A DNA stretch of 63,978 nt, filler included, from Reticulomyxa filosa (lineage: Eukaryota; Protista; Foraminifera), in assembly GCA_000512085.1 (NCBI GenBank). It is 25 parts of 25 records of this genome, joined end to end, with 100 filler letters (N's around TTAATTAATTAA, not from the genome) between each part and the next. Parts side by side here need not be neighbours in the genome. Positions count along the whole stretch, not along the records: positions 24,754 to 27,567 come from ASPP01002338.1; positions 27,668 to 28,752 come from ASPP01024637.1; positions 28,853 to 32,904 come from ASPP01000329.1; positions 33,005 to 35,597 come from ASPP01018563.1; positions 35,698 to 37,620 come from ASPP01009473.1; positions 37,721 to 44,576 come from ASPP01027640.1; 19 more parts are not named here. One strand, written 5' to 3'. Both the position numbers and the translations under genes were made by a program. Under the pieces are notes generated by a model. That model made no database searches, had not been told where the DNA came from, and was given only the letters and a program-made list of their open reading frames with translations. This document shows, one piece after another, positions 25,411-39,159 of the stretch; within the stretch, counting starts at the first letter, position 1, and every line of letters starts with the position of its first letter.

Positions 25411-27407
25411 TTATTTGCTGGCTTCATCATTTAGTTTCTATTTTTTAGCATAAAAATTCTAATAAGCAGACAAATTATATTTTAAAAAAATAAAATTATA
25501 TCCATACATTCAATGCATTCTTTGCCAGTCGATTTTGGGAAGGTATGCTAGCAGCCATGCTGAGAAAGTCCTGCATTGGGCCAACCTTCAATTGGTCCAG
25601 AAGACGTTTTGCATCGCGATTAGCACAGAAACCGTCTACCATCTCATTGATAAACTCTACTATATTCTTTATCAGTCCCTCGCTGTGATGAGAATTCTTA
25701 GTAACGAACTGCAATAAGCGTAGAAAGTTATCAATGATATCAGTAAAAGCAAAAAAGACCTCTTTTTCTTCGATTGCCAACATTGTTGTACGGCACACAT
25801 CAATCAACGTGTCTCTGATATCATTCATCGCTTTGACATCTTCTTCCTCGGCGTCAGATGGTAGCTCTTGCAAAGCTAAATTACGCAAGAACACATTTTG
25901 TTCTTTTGGGCGAGCAAAGAATTTTTCAAAATTTCCTTGAGGGGAAGGGAGGGGGGGGGGGGGAAATTAACCTAAATGAAAGCCATTTTTCAGAGCGACA
26001 GTTGAATATTGGTCCCAAAAAGAACCAAATGCAATACTTACATCAGCTAAAGTGCTCAATAAATGTGGCTTATATTCCAAAGGAAAATTAATACTCAATA
26101 ACAGTGTAAGCAATTTGCACACTATTTCGTTAGTGAATCTTTGCAAAACCTGATCATTCACGATGCTACTTCTGATTGTTCTTGTGCAAGACAACAAGCA
26201 ATCTCCGATCACAGTTGCTCCAACCTGACACAGCCCAGCATTGTTATGACTTTCAATATCCATTGACCTCTGTAGCATGCTTTGCACTAGAGTATTGCAA
26301 AAGAGAGGAAAAAAATCCTCGCCACTCATCCGCGCCACACAAGAAATGCACAGCAAAGCCTCTTCTATCACAACTGGATGCATTGTCTCTAATTTGGTCA
26401 CGTAGTCCATTAACGTGTCGATTTGTTTCAAGTCCAGGGAATCAAGTCCTACAAAATCGAGTGAAATCTAATTGACCCAAATATATTCCAAACAAAAAAA
26501 AGTATACGGACTTTGTTAGTTAAGGAAAGAAAAAAAAGGGAGAAAAAAAAGGGAGAAAAAAAAGGGAGAAAAAAAAGGGAGAAAAAAAAGGGAAGAAAAA
26601 AAGTCATTAAATGCTGTTTATGATCCGTACATTTTTTTATACTATTTGATTAAGTTACGTATATAGTTTGACCGTTCCCTCCTCCTCCCTCCTTGTGTCT
26701 AAAAGAGTTACATACAGTAATCGTCGACAGTGTGTTGGACAATAAGCTTAATTGCTGATCAGAAATTTCTTCTGTTTTTGCAACGTTAGCAAGACTGTCG
26801 GTCCAATTTGCAAGAAATTGTTTGACCATATCTATTGAATTTTTTTTTTGGAAAAAAGTCGAATATGTTTGTTTACGTTTATGCAACTTTATTTTACGAG
26901 TTTTTTTTTTTTTTAAAGATCCACATTTCAACTTTTAAAAACGGGGACATGCTTGGGTCCATTGAAAATGAGTTGACTAACGGCCTCAAAACACGCATTG
27001 ATAACGTTGGTATCGACATCTTTTTTTTCAGCACGTGACAGTAACGCTTTGATGATGTCAGCCACGATATCCGACCTTCGAAAGGGAGAGATGTCGATAT
27101 CTTCGTTCCCAAAGAATTGAGCTAAACTAGAAATGCTCCAGCATACATAATAGGCAATGTGGTTTGCTTCGAACAGCGACTTCCGCAGTTGCGGTACAAA
27201 ATCGAATGAGATCGCACTTTGGGGCACCAGCTGGCAAATCCGACCAAAGCACCACGCGGCGGTGTGTCGCACATACAAAAATGGATCATTCATCAACTGC
27301 AGAATTGTTTGCAATATCTGTTTCGCAGCAGCATTAGTCTTGTTTGGATCAGGACCTTCCAATATCAATCCAAAGGCGCGCACTGCCCCTTCGCGTAGAT
27401 GCCAATT
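25411..27407 (-). CDS. KPNB1: Importin subunit beta-1-like, C-terminal half
   Basis: NWHLREGAVRAFGLILEGP...LMNDPFLYVRHTAAWCFGRICQL matches KPNB1 HEAT 9-10. Also VIEEALLCIS and YKPHLLSTLADVSIAFG. The last exon KLNDEASK* ends at 25411. Confidence 0.8.
26529..26593 (+). repeat. Intronic tandem repeat (GAAAAAAAAGGGA)x5
   Basis: Five consecutive 13-bp units read directly from the sequence. Confidence 0.9.
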
Positions 27408-30400
27408 CTACATTTCATATACATACATATATATACAACACATATATGTATATGTTTACGTATATATTTATATGCACGCGTCCAATCGAACAGCATTTGC
27501 GGTTTGTTAAAATGTATAATCTTTTTAAAATAAAAAGAAAAAAAAAGAAAAAAAAAAAAAAAAAAAANNNNNNNNNNNNNNNNNNNNNNNNNNNNNNNNN
27601 NNNNNNNNNNNTTAATTAATTAANNNNNNNNNNNNNNNNNNNNNNNNNNNNNNNNNNNNNNNNNNNNAAAAAAAAAAAAAAGACAACAATACTTGAACAC
27701 AAAACAGTTGATTGTCATTTTCATACATATCATCAATAACTGTCTCATAGTTTTGATAAAATGTATGTTCACATCTTCAAGAGGTTCGTCGTGTTGATTC
27801 TCTTCATCCATCTTGTATCTGTCAATGTGGATACATGCTTTGCTTTTCACGATATGTCCATATTTCTTTGTACCGATATGTTGTCACTTTCTTCTTTCCA
27901 TATGTTCCATTGCCGCTTGCTCTATTGCTTGAAATGGCACATGCGCTCTTAATACCATTGATCCACGCTTTTGTTTTTGCTTTTCATTTCTTTTTATTTT
28001 TATTTTTCACGTCCCTTCTTAATATCCAAGTCTAAAGTTAATCATTTCACAATGAAGGAATCCATGTTCACATTGTTTTAGTAGAGACATATAAAAATAT
28101 TATACACAAATAACATACATCCACACCAAACCTTCAAAGATAGTTTCTGGTTGATTTGCTTATTTTCTTGTATTTTGTATGTTTTTCCTTCCCTCCATTG
28201 TCCTGGTTTTGTGCTCGAATAAGATATTTGTATAAAAGTACAGCCGCATTTACATCATTGCAACTCCGAATAAATTTATTTCTTGTTGTTATTTTAAATT
28301 GTATGTATGATATGGATTGATTTGTAAATTTGCCACGAAGTGATTCAATATTGAGATGTAATTGCGATGTGTATCAAGAGAAAGCCAAGTTGGATAATCA
28401 CATGGTTACGCTGCATTCTGTTGAAAGACATTAATTAACACTGTCTCCTTTACCTTCGGTGTGACTGGCGATGTAATTGACTTGTTGTCTTGCTGTTCAA
28501 ATATACAGCCAAACAATAGCGCATTAATGATAGACAGCTATTAGGGGGGGGAGAAGGGGTAGTAAAGTTGAAAAAAGGAGAAGACATCACTCAGGTGAAA
28601 TGCTTATCACATCGCTCACTTGAACTGGCATATAAACACGCTTGGCCTTTCCGTACATGCGAACAATAACAGCGATCACCTCCATTGTATCAGTAGGACA
28701 AACTAGTCCATATGCGATTTTGTGAGTTGCGTTGTCATTGCACATGACCCACNNNNNNNNNNNNNNNNNNNNNNNNNNNNNNNNNNNNNNNNNNNNTTAA
28801 TTAATTAANNNNNNNNNNNNNNNNNNNNNNNNNNNNNNNNNNNNNNNNNNNNGCATTTCTATACTAACTGGATTTCATAGTTTGCTTTTGTTTTTTGGAA
28901 GAGTGTTTTAAATTTTTCACATTTGTCAATATTGAATTTTTATATTTATTTTAGAAAACTTCTTTTTCTATTTTGTTTTATCCATTTTTTTTTCAAATCC
29001 GAAAATATGTTTATGTCAGCAGATTTTGTGCTACGTTTTTTGCTTGCTCATCATCGTTGTCAGGGGTTTTCTTTTCTGATAACAATGCCTTTTTTTTATG
29101 AATAAACCCTAAAAGTAACGTCATAATGACTAAGCAAAAACTCGTTTTTCATCAATTCAAAGATTTAATTTTTAAGAAGTGCAATGAACTTATTTTTTAT
29201 TGCTTTGACCATTTTGCTTTGAAAGGGTAATAAGGAAAATACCTAAATGACGAACGTCAGAAATTTACTAAAGAAAGTATGCGAATGCTAAGAAAGAGTT
29301 AGTTATGGCATATGTACAATCCAGATCAACTTGTGAAATATAATTATTTGACCAGGCAAGTTAGTAGTCAATGCTTATGATTAAATACAATGTTTGTTAA
29401 TCCTTATGCAAGACGATGTCTACTGCAGTCTATAAGATAACAAGAAACTTTCAATTCTTTCCTTTTAAAACTTAATTAGCTTTTGTGTGTTTTTGTTAAT
29501 TACTCATTGAAAATGGTAAATTTTTTCGCGTACAACGAAAAAGAAAAATGTCGAAATGCGAATCTATTGGAGCGTAAAAAAAAAGAATGAATACTGCATT
29601 TGTGAAAAATCTTGCAATAAAAAATGTTTCAATTGTAATTATTGTATAAATATTTTTTTCATTATTATCTATTTTTGTATTAAAAAACTGATGTTTGGCA
29701 AGCTGTTCTTTTTCAAAGTTAAATCCAAGAAACTTTACGTTGTAACGTTCTGCGTAGATAATCTTTGAAAAAATCATATTTATATGATTGTCTCTTTGTT
29801 TATTTTGGATTTGCTATAGGACAGAATGATATTAGCATTGTCAATCAATATGATGCGTTGAAAGGCATAGTAACAACGACATTAAGAAAATTTTTAGCAC
29901 ACAGCGCATCAAATCAACGATCTTCGGTTTACTCCACTGCGTCAAGTGAAGCCTTGGAATATGGTATAATTGGCATGTAGCCTCCATGCTGTATACAATC
30001 TTGATCAAGTTACATGCAAACAAGTCTATTGTTGAAAGGACTTAACTTCACCTAAGATCAATAGTGGATATGTCCGGCATCTGGGTGCTTTTGATTATTA
30101 TTACAACGAAGGTTGGGCTCATTAGGTATTTATAAAAAAGAGCAAAAAAAAATATTCCTTATATATGTCATATGTGTGTATCACTCATTTAGATATCTGT
30201 GTTTGGCGGCGGCCACAATCGGATAATTTGCAGGCAATTTGCTGACGATGGATAAGGATGAGGAGTTGAAGAGCATAGTGTTAGTGACGTATTAACTATA
30301 ATTGTGGGGGCTCATGATTTCGTCATTCGTTCTGGAGATGGGCTGCAACTTGAACTACACCACACAATAGAAGCTCGCTTGTCTGCTAAGCGATGATAGT

Positions 30401-31039
30401 GAAACCCAAGGAATAGAAAAAAACGGTTATTTTATTGTACTTTATTTTTTTAAATTAATTTTTGTTCGTTATATATATACAGAAATATTTATGCATGTTA
30501 GACTTGCTAATGTGGGTGGTGTAAAGACTTAATACAAAATTCACGATATATCCACCTTGCAAAGCGAGATTGATTATCTTCAGACAATCCCAATTGTTTT
30601 GAGAAAAAGTAATTAACCAAGGGCATATAGATGAAATTGGTGTCAATTGAGACGAATTTACTTTGTTTATGTATAATATCTTTTATGGTGACAATACGTT
30701 TCGACATTATATACATACATATATGTGATTAGAAAAAAAAAAGTAATATACGAAGTGTTGGCAAGTGGAATCACAAAAAGCGATATGAAGCAGCAATTAG
30801 AAAGCAAAATGCAAGAAACGTTGCAAAGTCAACTGCGGCAATTGCAATATTGAATTGGGATATTAAAGCGTCAAAACGACTAAGTTTTTGGTTATGTTTG
30901 AACAAATAAGCAAAAGAAGCTAAGACAAAAGATATGAAATCATTAAACAGTGCAGCATTTTTTTTTATGGGTTGCAGTGGGGCGTGTCAAGAGTTAGATT
31001 ACTATATCGCTTTATCATCAACTTGGCTGCCTTGACAAC

Positions 31040-32860
31040 ATTGATCATAATGTCTAATTTCCACGTTCGATCTCCAATTATGAAATATTTCATCGACAAT
31101 GACAATACATTGATATCTGGAAGCAATGTCTGGACATTTGTCCACTAACTGCTGGATATAACATTTACTGTGTCATAGGCAGTCTGGTTTATCAAACCAA
31201 GAATTCGACACATTGCAATCCTTTGTATAAGCTCCAATAGTATCTTATGAGTTTCTGCTGCACCATTCCAAAATGCAGATGCATACTCACTGATGATGGT
31301 CTTGTATAATAGATTGTACGTAGATAAACTTGGCCTGACTAATTTGTATGAACATAAGTATGTCAAATATACAAGTTTTATGTATACGTAATTAACATGC
31401 TTGGAATATGTCATATGGGAATCAAGAACAGTCCAAGATACTTAACGTGATCACATTACTTCAGGTTTGATTGCTTTAATGTCAATTTTATCTTTGAAAA
31501 TTTCTTTTTATTCTGATGTCTGAATGTGATGCAAATAGATTGAGATATAAAATGAGAAATGAATTTAAATTAGCTAGAAGATTGTATTGGTGGATTGATA
31601 TCTTTACCAGATCGACTTGGAAGGACCAAATAGGGTTATTACAACAAAGTCTGGATGAATTATCCATTTGGTCCAATAAATAGAATATGTTGCTGACAGC
31701 TGATAAACACTATAATATGCTGCAGAGATATCCAATAACTAACTGAATTGCAATCGAATGATTTGTGGATTGTCTCAGTCAATCTCAATAATAATTCATA
31801 TGTGATTGGAATCCTGCTTGTGTTTGATGTAATAACTGTTTCTCATTCAACCAACAAATTAATCTCCTTGTAATGATTCAATCAATTTACCAACACTCGA
31901 TAACAGTGCAATTGGTCTGTGATTATTGCACTGACTATGATCTCTGTCAGGCTTGGGAATAGGCACAATGTTTGCCTTTTTCCATTCAATTGGCATATAT
32001 TATATTCGGAAACTCCATACAAATAGGAATACCAACGAATCAATCATTACATTGCCATTCTTAAGCATTTGATTGTGGATGTTATCAGGATCTTGTGCTT
32101 TATATGGAGGCAAATATCTCAATGACTCAATAACATCATCTTTGTAATGTCACTTTGATGGATATCAAATAACCAAATAACTTTCATCCAATTTCAATGG
32201 CTTGGATATCGCCACTTTGAATCTAATATCTTTTTTTACTATCTCATAATGCTTCTCATCCATATCTTTGGGAGGTTGAGATGGCTCTGCAAATGTCTTT
32301 GCCAACAGATACGCTTTATCTGCGTCTGATCTTGCTACTGAATTCGTCTCCTTGTTCACTAATGCTGGAATAATACAGATTTTATTGATATTCAATGCCT
32401 TAAATTGTGAATAGATTGCTGGTGTTCCCTTCGTGCAATGAGTCAATACTCTTTACCATGTGCTGCTGTTTTTCAAATAACAATTTCCGTTGCAACTGCT
32501 TCCAATTGCTAGCAAATTGAAAGAATATAAGATGAACATAATGTGATATCAATGCTTGATGTCGCACTTCCCTTCATGAATGTGCATTCCAATTTCCTCC
32601 AATGATAATGTGTTCAGTTATTTTCTGAGCTGATTTTAATTCTTGCTTAAATTACTTAAACTGCAGAACAATAACAATTTCTTTTGATCAGGACAAGAGA
32701 TTTCCACCCAACACGATTCATAACCAAATACATTAAATGTATCAGGAGTGTTATTGAATGATCGTAATGTTGAATGCAAATCTCTTCGACATAACACTCC
32801 AGATCTTCATGTTTCACTCCAGTGATGAACATCTAAATCCTTCTTGCAATAAACAGATAA
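31040..32860 (-). mobile_element. Decayed non-LTR retrotransposon (APE endonuclease + RT), many stops and frameshifts
   Basis: Minus-strand remnants GGNWNAHS, KAYLLAKTF, PYKAQDPDNIHNQMLKNG, WKKANIVPIPKP, RPIALLS, LLYKTII-SEYASAFWN and LELIQRIAMCRILG are typical LINE ORF2 motifs. Confidence 0.85.
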
Positions 32861-33004
32861 AAAAAAAAAAAAAAATTAAATCACCCTGACTAACTAAAAG
32901 TCAANNNNNNNNNNNNNNNNNNNNNNNNNNNNNNNNNNNNNNNNNNNNTTAATTAATTAANNNNNNNNNNNNNNNNNNNNNNNNNNNNNNNNNNNNNNNN
33001 NNNN

Positions 33005-35477
33005 GAAGAAGAAGAAGAAGAAGAAGAAAAAGAAGAAGGAAGAGGAGAAGAGAAAGGGCAAGGAGAAGATGAAAAAGATGAAGGAGAAGGAGAAAGAGAA
33101 AACAAAGAGAATAGCAATTTCGACAATAACAATGAAGGCACTGAATTGCCATGGTGTGAGCTTGCAAGCAAAAAAGGGGAAATTGAAAACGACAACAAAA
33201 AAGGAATGAACGAATTGAGCATAACAATCGAATTTGCAAATGTCAATGAAAGTGAAGAAGTGAGCAAGCCTAAGAAATACGACGAAAAGGAGCGCAAAAA
33301 AGGGGACGACTTGCACGAGGCGCATTTGGCATTGCTTGTGTTCCGTGCAAGATTGCTGACAATGTTATCCATGGACCTGGAGTTGCAAGGTCGAATGTTG
33401 TCGCTGCTTCCATTGGAGCATCACATTAGTGTGCCACCAAAGCCACGTCACATTCACGATGTGACCATGCATCAGCTGCATGTGATGGCGCAATGGTTCG
33501 TCAATGCATTCCGAAGGAACACTGCGTACTCGCACATGGCAATCCACTGTCCAAAGGCCCGCGGTATATTCCAACGTCTCCAATGCGGCATCCGACAGCT
33601 GTATCAATGCGTCGAGCAACGCTGTGCTAATCCCTCCGAATTGGTCTGTCTTTTCATCGCATTGTGTTGGAGTATGCGCATGCCTGCTCGACGCGTTTTC
33701 AAACTATTTCCTATCACACACTCCTTGACTGCAAATGGGATCGTCGACAACGACTACTCGTCTTTGGGGAGCATCTTACCCCCTTGCAAATGTCAATCAC
33801 CATCAAAGTTGCAATCTCAATCTCAGACGTCTGTCGCCTTTGCACAAAAGCCTCAAAAATGTAAGCAATAGTACATATATATATATATATATATATTTAT
33901 ATATGTATACATATATAAATATATTAAATGAGATTTATTTTACTTTTTTTTAAAAAAAAAAAAAAATTGGAAAGTGGCGGCTCAGACCAAAGCAGATCGA
34001 ACAGCTTCATTGGGAAATATCCGACCAACTAAAGATGAAAAAGGAGGTGGTGCGCAGATATGAAACAGCGGCGCCGCAGGTCATCGCGGTCTCCACGCCA
34101 AAGCCGGGCGCATGTTCGATGGAGTGGAACGAGTGCGTGGAAGTATACTGCGCGGAGCGCGGACAGTGGGTGCATGTGAATGTGTTGAATGGTAACATCC
34201 ACTTGGACAACACGTCAGTGTCTTCGTTGAAATGCAACTGCGTGATGAACACACGCTGTCACTATCTCGTAAGCGTGGACGAGTTTATGCACGTTTGCGA
34301 TGTGACGCCGAGGTATGCCAACGTCAACGCCAATGCCAATGGCGCGCAGATTGACCAGCGAAAGATGCAATGGACCGACGTCGTGCGCAAACGCGGGGTC
34401 CGCTTTCACACGTATTGGAACGGACAAATTCTCCAACAGACGACCATTGCACATAATCAGCTGCTTGCCCGATTTCCATTGCTGCAAAAGCGATACAACT
34501 GCGCCAAACGAAATGCCATCAACAAGACCTATCAACAGCAATTGAGTCTGTGCAAACAAGCCGAATCCATCCCAAAGAAGTTTTCACAATTCAAAAATCA
34601 TCCTTTGTATTGTATTCAAAAGTATTTGAAGAAGTTCTGTCCTCTCATACACACATACACTAAAAAAAAAAAAAAAAAAAAAAATTACGTATAACTAAAT
34701 TTTGACGTATAAAGAAATAAATACGTATACATATAATATATACGTATTTATTTCTTTAATCATTTATTTCTATTTATATATATATATATGTATACACCGA
34801 TTAAAATACTAACAAATAGGTTTGAATACATTTATCCGCAGACACCCAAGGATGCGATTGGCGAGGTGGAAGGACAGGCAGTATATCCTCGAAGCCACGT
34901 GCACAAGCTGCATGCGAAACGACGTTGGTTCCGAGAAGGCTGGGTTGTTTTGGACAATGAAAGTCCTGTGAAAATAGTGAATTCAAGATCGTCCACGAAC
35001 GTGCAGCCGACAGAGCTCTTTGGAAAGTGGCAGTGTGTCCCTTACATCCCTCCTTGCGCGTCGGATGGAATTGTTCCGAAGAACGATTTTGGAAGTGTCG
35101 AATTATGGTCGCCGCAACATTTGCCCTCTGGCTGCGTCCATTTATCTGACCCTTTCGCAGTGCAAGCGTGCAAGACGTTGCACTTAGACTATGCCAAAGC
35201 TGTGGTTGGATTCCTTAAAGACAAGGGTTTGTTCACCCGTCGCAAGCCTGTGTTTGATGGAGTGGTCGTTTGTAAGGAACACTATGACCAGGTCAAACGC
35301 TTGTGCGATGAGTTGCTTGTCGAACAACAAGTCGCGATACAAGAGCAAGAAGAGTCGCAAATCGATTCTTTGTGGACTCTGTTAGTGTCAGGGTTAATGG
35401 TCAAACGAGAAATGGAAGCCAAAATCAAACATCCTTGTCAAATCAATTATGATGATCTCTGTGGTCAAGCTTTGTGA
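33005..35477 (+). CDS. XPC: DNA repair protein XPC/Rad4, 5' partial
   Basis: VEVYC...QWVHVN, DVTPRYA, FKNHPLY, VYPRSHV..LH..RRWFREG, LFGKWQ, DGIVPKNDFGSVE, LPSGCVHL and DYAKAVVGF. Three exons. Confidence 0.93.
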
Positions 35478-35770
35478 AACCCTTTTGCTTTTTTTTTTTT
35501 TTAAAAGTCTCCATTTCTGATTAATGTTTTATTTTGTCTCACTATACTTTAAGTTTGCTGAATTCAAATTTTTAAAAAACTAGTGGGGATATGTCTCNNN
35601 NNNNNNNNNNNNNNNNNNNNNNNNNNNNNNNNNNNNNNNNNTTAATTAATTAANNNNNNNNNNNNNNNNNNNNNNNNNNNNNNNNNNNNNNNNNNNNTTT
35701 TTTTTTATTTGTACAAACATCATATGCCACGGACCCGTACAAAACGAAAAAAAAAAAATACCGGTTTTAG

Positions 35771-36957
35771 CCGTTAACCCCTTGTCCACCTGAAAGCGAT
35801 CCAAAAGTTAATTTTTTATTTTGCCCTGTTTGAAAAAGGAAAGCACTTGTTCTCAAATTTTTTTTTTTAATGAATACCAACTTAAAAAAAAAAAAAAAGT
35901 GGCGATATTTTTGGAAAGTGCAGAAAAAAAAAAGCGAAGAAAAAACGGAAGAGTTCCGAACGTTAAATGCGGAAAACATATCGCCTCAAGGCATCCCCGA
36001 ATGGAAAGAGGTTTGCGAAGATTGGGGCGCTTGCATGCTTGGAGCAGCGAAAACAATTAGGTTTGTTTTCTTTGCTTTGTATTGTTTGGCTTGATACCAA
36101 TTGAATTTGAATGTGGGACGGAATTGAACTTGCAGCGAAGGGGTGGCAATTGGACTGAAACTGAATCGAAGCTATTTTACGGACTTGTTGGAAAATGGAC
36201 CCCACTTGTTGGCGCCCACCGGAATTGATTTCAACAAATATGGCAAACTGAACACCATCATTGCAGGCTATCATTACGATCTAAACTTTATCACCTTACA
36301 TGGTAAATCCAGGTTCCCTGGGCTGTACATATGGCTTCGTGATGGTCGTCGTTGCGCGGTCAAGGTGCCTGAGGGCTGTTTGATTGCGCAAGCCGCAAAA
36401 CAATTAGAATGGATTACCGGAGGTTTTGTTTATATGATACTATACACTTTAGATTTTTTTGGAGATGGGTCGGAAGCAAGAAAGGGGGGGGCTTTACATT
36501 TTAACGACGAAAACTAATAAAAATTAAACGTCTTTGCATGTGCATGTTTGTTTGTTTTTTTAGGTTACATCTATGCTGGGTATGTATCGACAACAACACA
36601 AATACAATAATGTCTCACAATTGTGTTTTACATTCGCAAGAAATTTGTTTGTGCAGATTTCATGAAGTTGTTGTGAGTAAACAAACGTTGGAAGCCATTG
36701 AACGCCAAAAGTATGTTGTTTTTTTTAGTTCCTTTTGGCTTGAAAGAGCTTATATTATCCATGTATTACAATATAGAGCAAAAAAGCGTCCTTTGTGGCG
36801 AGTATCTTCGACCATGTTTGCCCATATTCGTAGCGATGTCATCTTAAAGGTTTTGAAGCAATTTGAAAAAGAAGATATTTTGAAACAATATCCACCAACA
36901 AAAGCAGGAGATCAAGTTACAGAAGAACTCAAAGCAATTGGTCTCAAGGTTGATTAA
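35771..36957 (+). CDS. 2-oxoglutarate/Fe(II)-dependent oxygenase (IPNS/clavaminate synthase-like), 5' partial
   Basis: GPHLLAPTG, HYDLNFITLHGKSRFPGL (HxD), YIYAGFHEVVV (distal His, assembled through a 16-nt exon at 36564-36579) and WRVSSTMFAH. Confidence 0.85.
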
Positions 36958-39159
36958 TCAATCGTTATTAACTAACATTTTTAAAAGTAAACTTTTTCTT
37001 GTCTAATTAAATACATTTGTATTAAATGTGAATCAAACGTGTACACATTTTTTTTATTCTGATCAACTTTAAAATCAATCTCTCCTTTGCAATCCATGTG
37101 GATTGCTTTTTTCTAAATGTGCCCCTTTTTTTTAAGTACGGACTTGTGTTATAAAAGTTGATTAGTTGATATGATTATCGCCAATTATTTTTTTGTAATA
37201 AAAGGAGATTGGAGGAATTGGCTAAATTAATGTGAACATGAGGTTCAAACTCGGTATTTTAGATAATAAGGGTATCTACACATGATTTTTTGCCTCTCCT
37301 CTATAACGCATGAACAATAGTACGAGCAGCTGGACATAAGTACAAAAGAATCAACAAGCACAATGCCTTGAAAACTTTCCACACCACAAATATGGCAATG
37401 ACGACCTCAACGAACAGACACCAAGACCTCTCTTTGGAATTATATAAATCTTCGCACTCTCTTTGATTTTTTCGCCAAAAATCGCTGGAATGGCCTGTGG
37501 AATAGGCACAAATATCGATCAAGTCCATTCCATTCCAAAAACCCAAATCGATCTGAAATATCCTGAATTGTGGGCCATTTCCTTTCAATATATATTTTTT
37601 AACATATCTTTTTTTTTTTTNNNNNNNNNNNNNNNNNNNNNNNNNNNNNNNNNNNNNNNNNNNNTTAATTAATTAANNNNNNNNNNNNNNNNNNNNNNNN
37701 NNNNNNNNNNNNNNNNNNNNAAACCTTATTTTGGAAATGGACATAAGTAATAGACCAAGTCTGTAAATTTGCAATCAATTCAAAGCGTAGTTTTGCTAAA
37801 AGATCGTTTTGTAATTGAAATTGAATAATTTTGTTTTTTTAAGGAAAGAATTATTCAGATGCATTATTAACTTTTGAAAGATATTGGATAAACTGCATCC
37901 ATTTTAATTTATGACCACTTTTTACATGAAAGATGAATTGTACTATAATCCAGCTCCTTTTTTCGCATTCCAGTTATTTCTTACCAAAATATTTTTCTCT
38001 AGTATGATATTACTTGTCGCCTGACAAGAAAGAAAATTTGTGATTGATAAGAGCAAACCCAAACACAAAGAAGAAAAAAAGAAGGGCCAGATAAAAGGTA
38101 AAATTATTTTTTCACTTTGTGATATTGCTAAGTATGGCGGCCTCCGTTACAATATTTAAGTAAAATCCCCAATACAATGAAGACAACCCGACAATATGTC
38201 CTCACGCATAACTTCCATATAACTGTGATGTAATGGAATCAATAAGGGCACTGAGAATACGCGATACTATCGGAGTTGCAAGAAGATTGTTGGCGTCGAG
38301 TGCAATGACAAATGCGCAAGAAAGTTCCATCGATCACAAGTGGCAATAAATAAATAAGAGCCAATGGATTTGGCTTGGCTAATCACACCAACAATAACTG
38401 ATTTAATTTTTTTGTCAGCGAAGCTACAGTGATCATGACGTATAAAAAACAGACACTTTGGACCCAATTAAATCAAGTGTGTGGATTTTCATTTGGAATT
38501 CTTCTCACTTTGTTGTATCAATGGAACGCTGAAAAAATAAACAACAACACCAACATTTTCAGACATGTAATTTCGGAAGACTTCAATACACGCTTATTCT
38601 ATTCTTTTCGAATCAAATTTATTTCATTTCTTTTAATTTTTTTTCAAAACCAACCAAGTGCATACATATATGTACGTATACATCGTATTTTGAACTAGTC
38701 TTCAAAAGAAGAAATTGATGTATTCAACAAATAATAAACGCATTTATGGTCTAATTCAGAAATTTTTTACAAGAAAGCTGATAATTTAGTTTTGGGATGA
38801 TAGATATCAGGGAGCTGGAGAATTGGGACTATTTGAATTAAAATTGCAAAAAATCACAAAACAACAACAATTCAGCACAAAAAAACAGAAATTTTTTCTG
38901 TATGAATGGTTTTATGCTTCTCAAAAAATTTGAGACACATGCCAAATACGATAATGCCTTGCGATTAAATGTGCAACCAACTTGGCTTTTGTTGAAGTTC
39001 ACTTCACTCTTTGCTTGTTGGCACCACAACCATTTCATAATTGCTCGACAGACTAGCCTTGGATTCTTTGGAGATCTATGTATAATTGTGTATTAATCAT
39101 ATACGTTTCGAATATTTTTTAATCACAATCACATTATAAGAAAACATTATAACTTGGAC

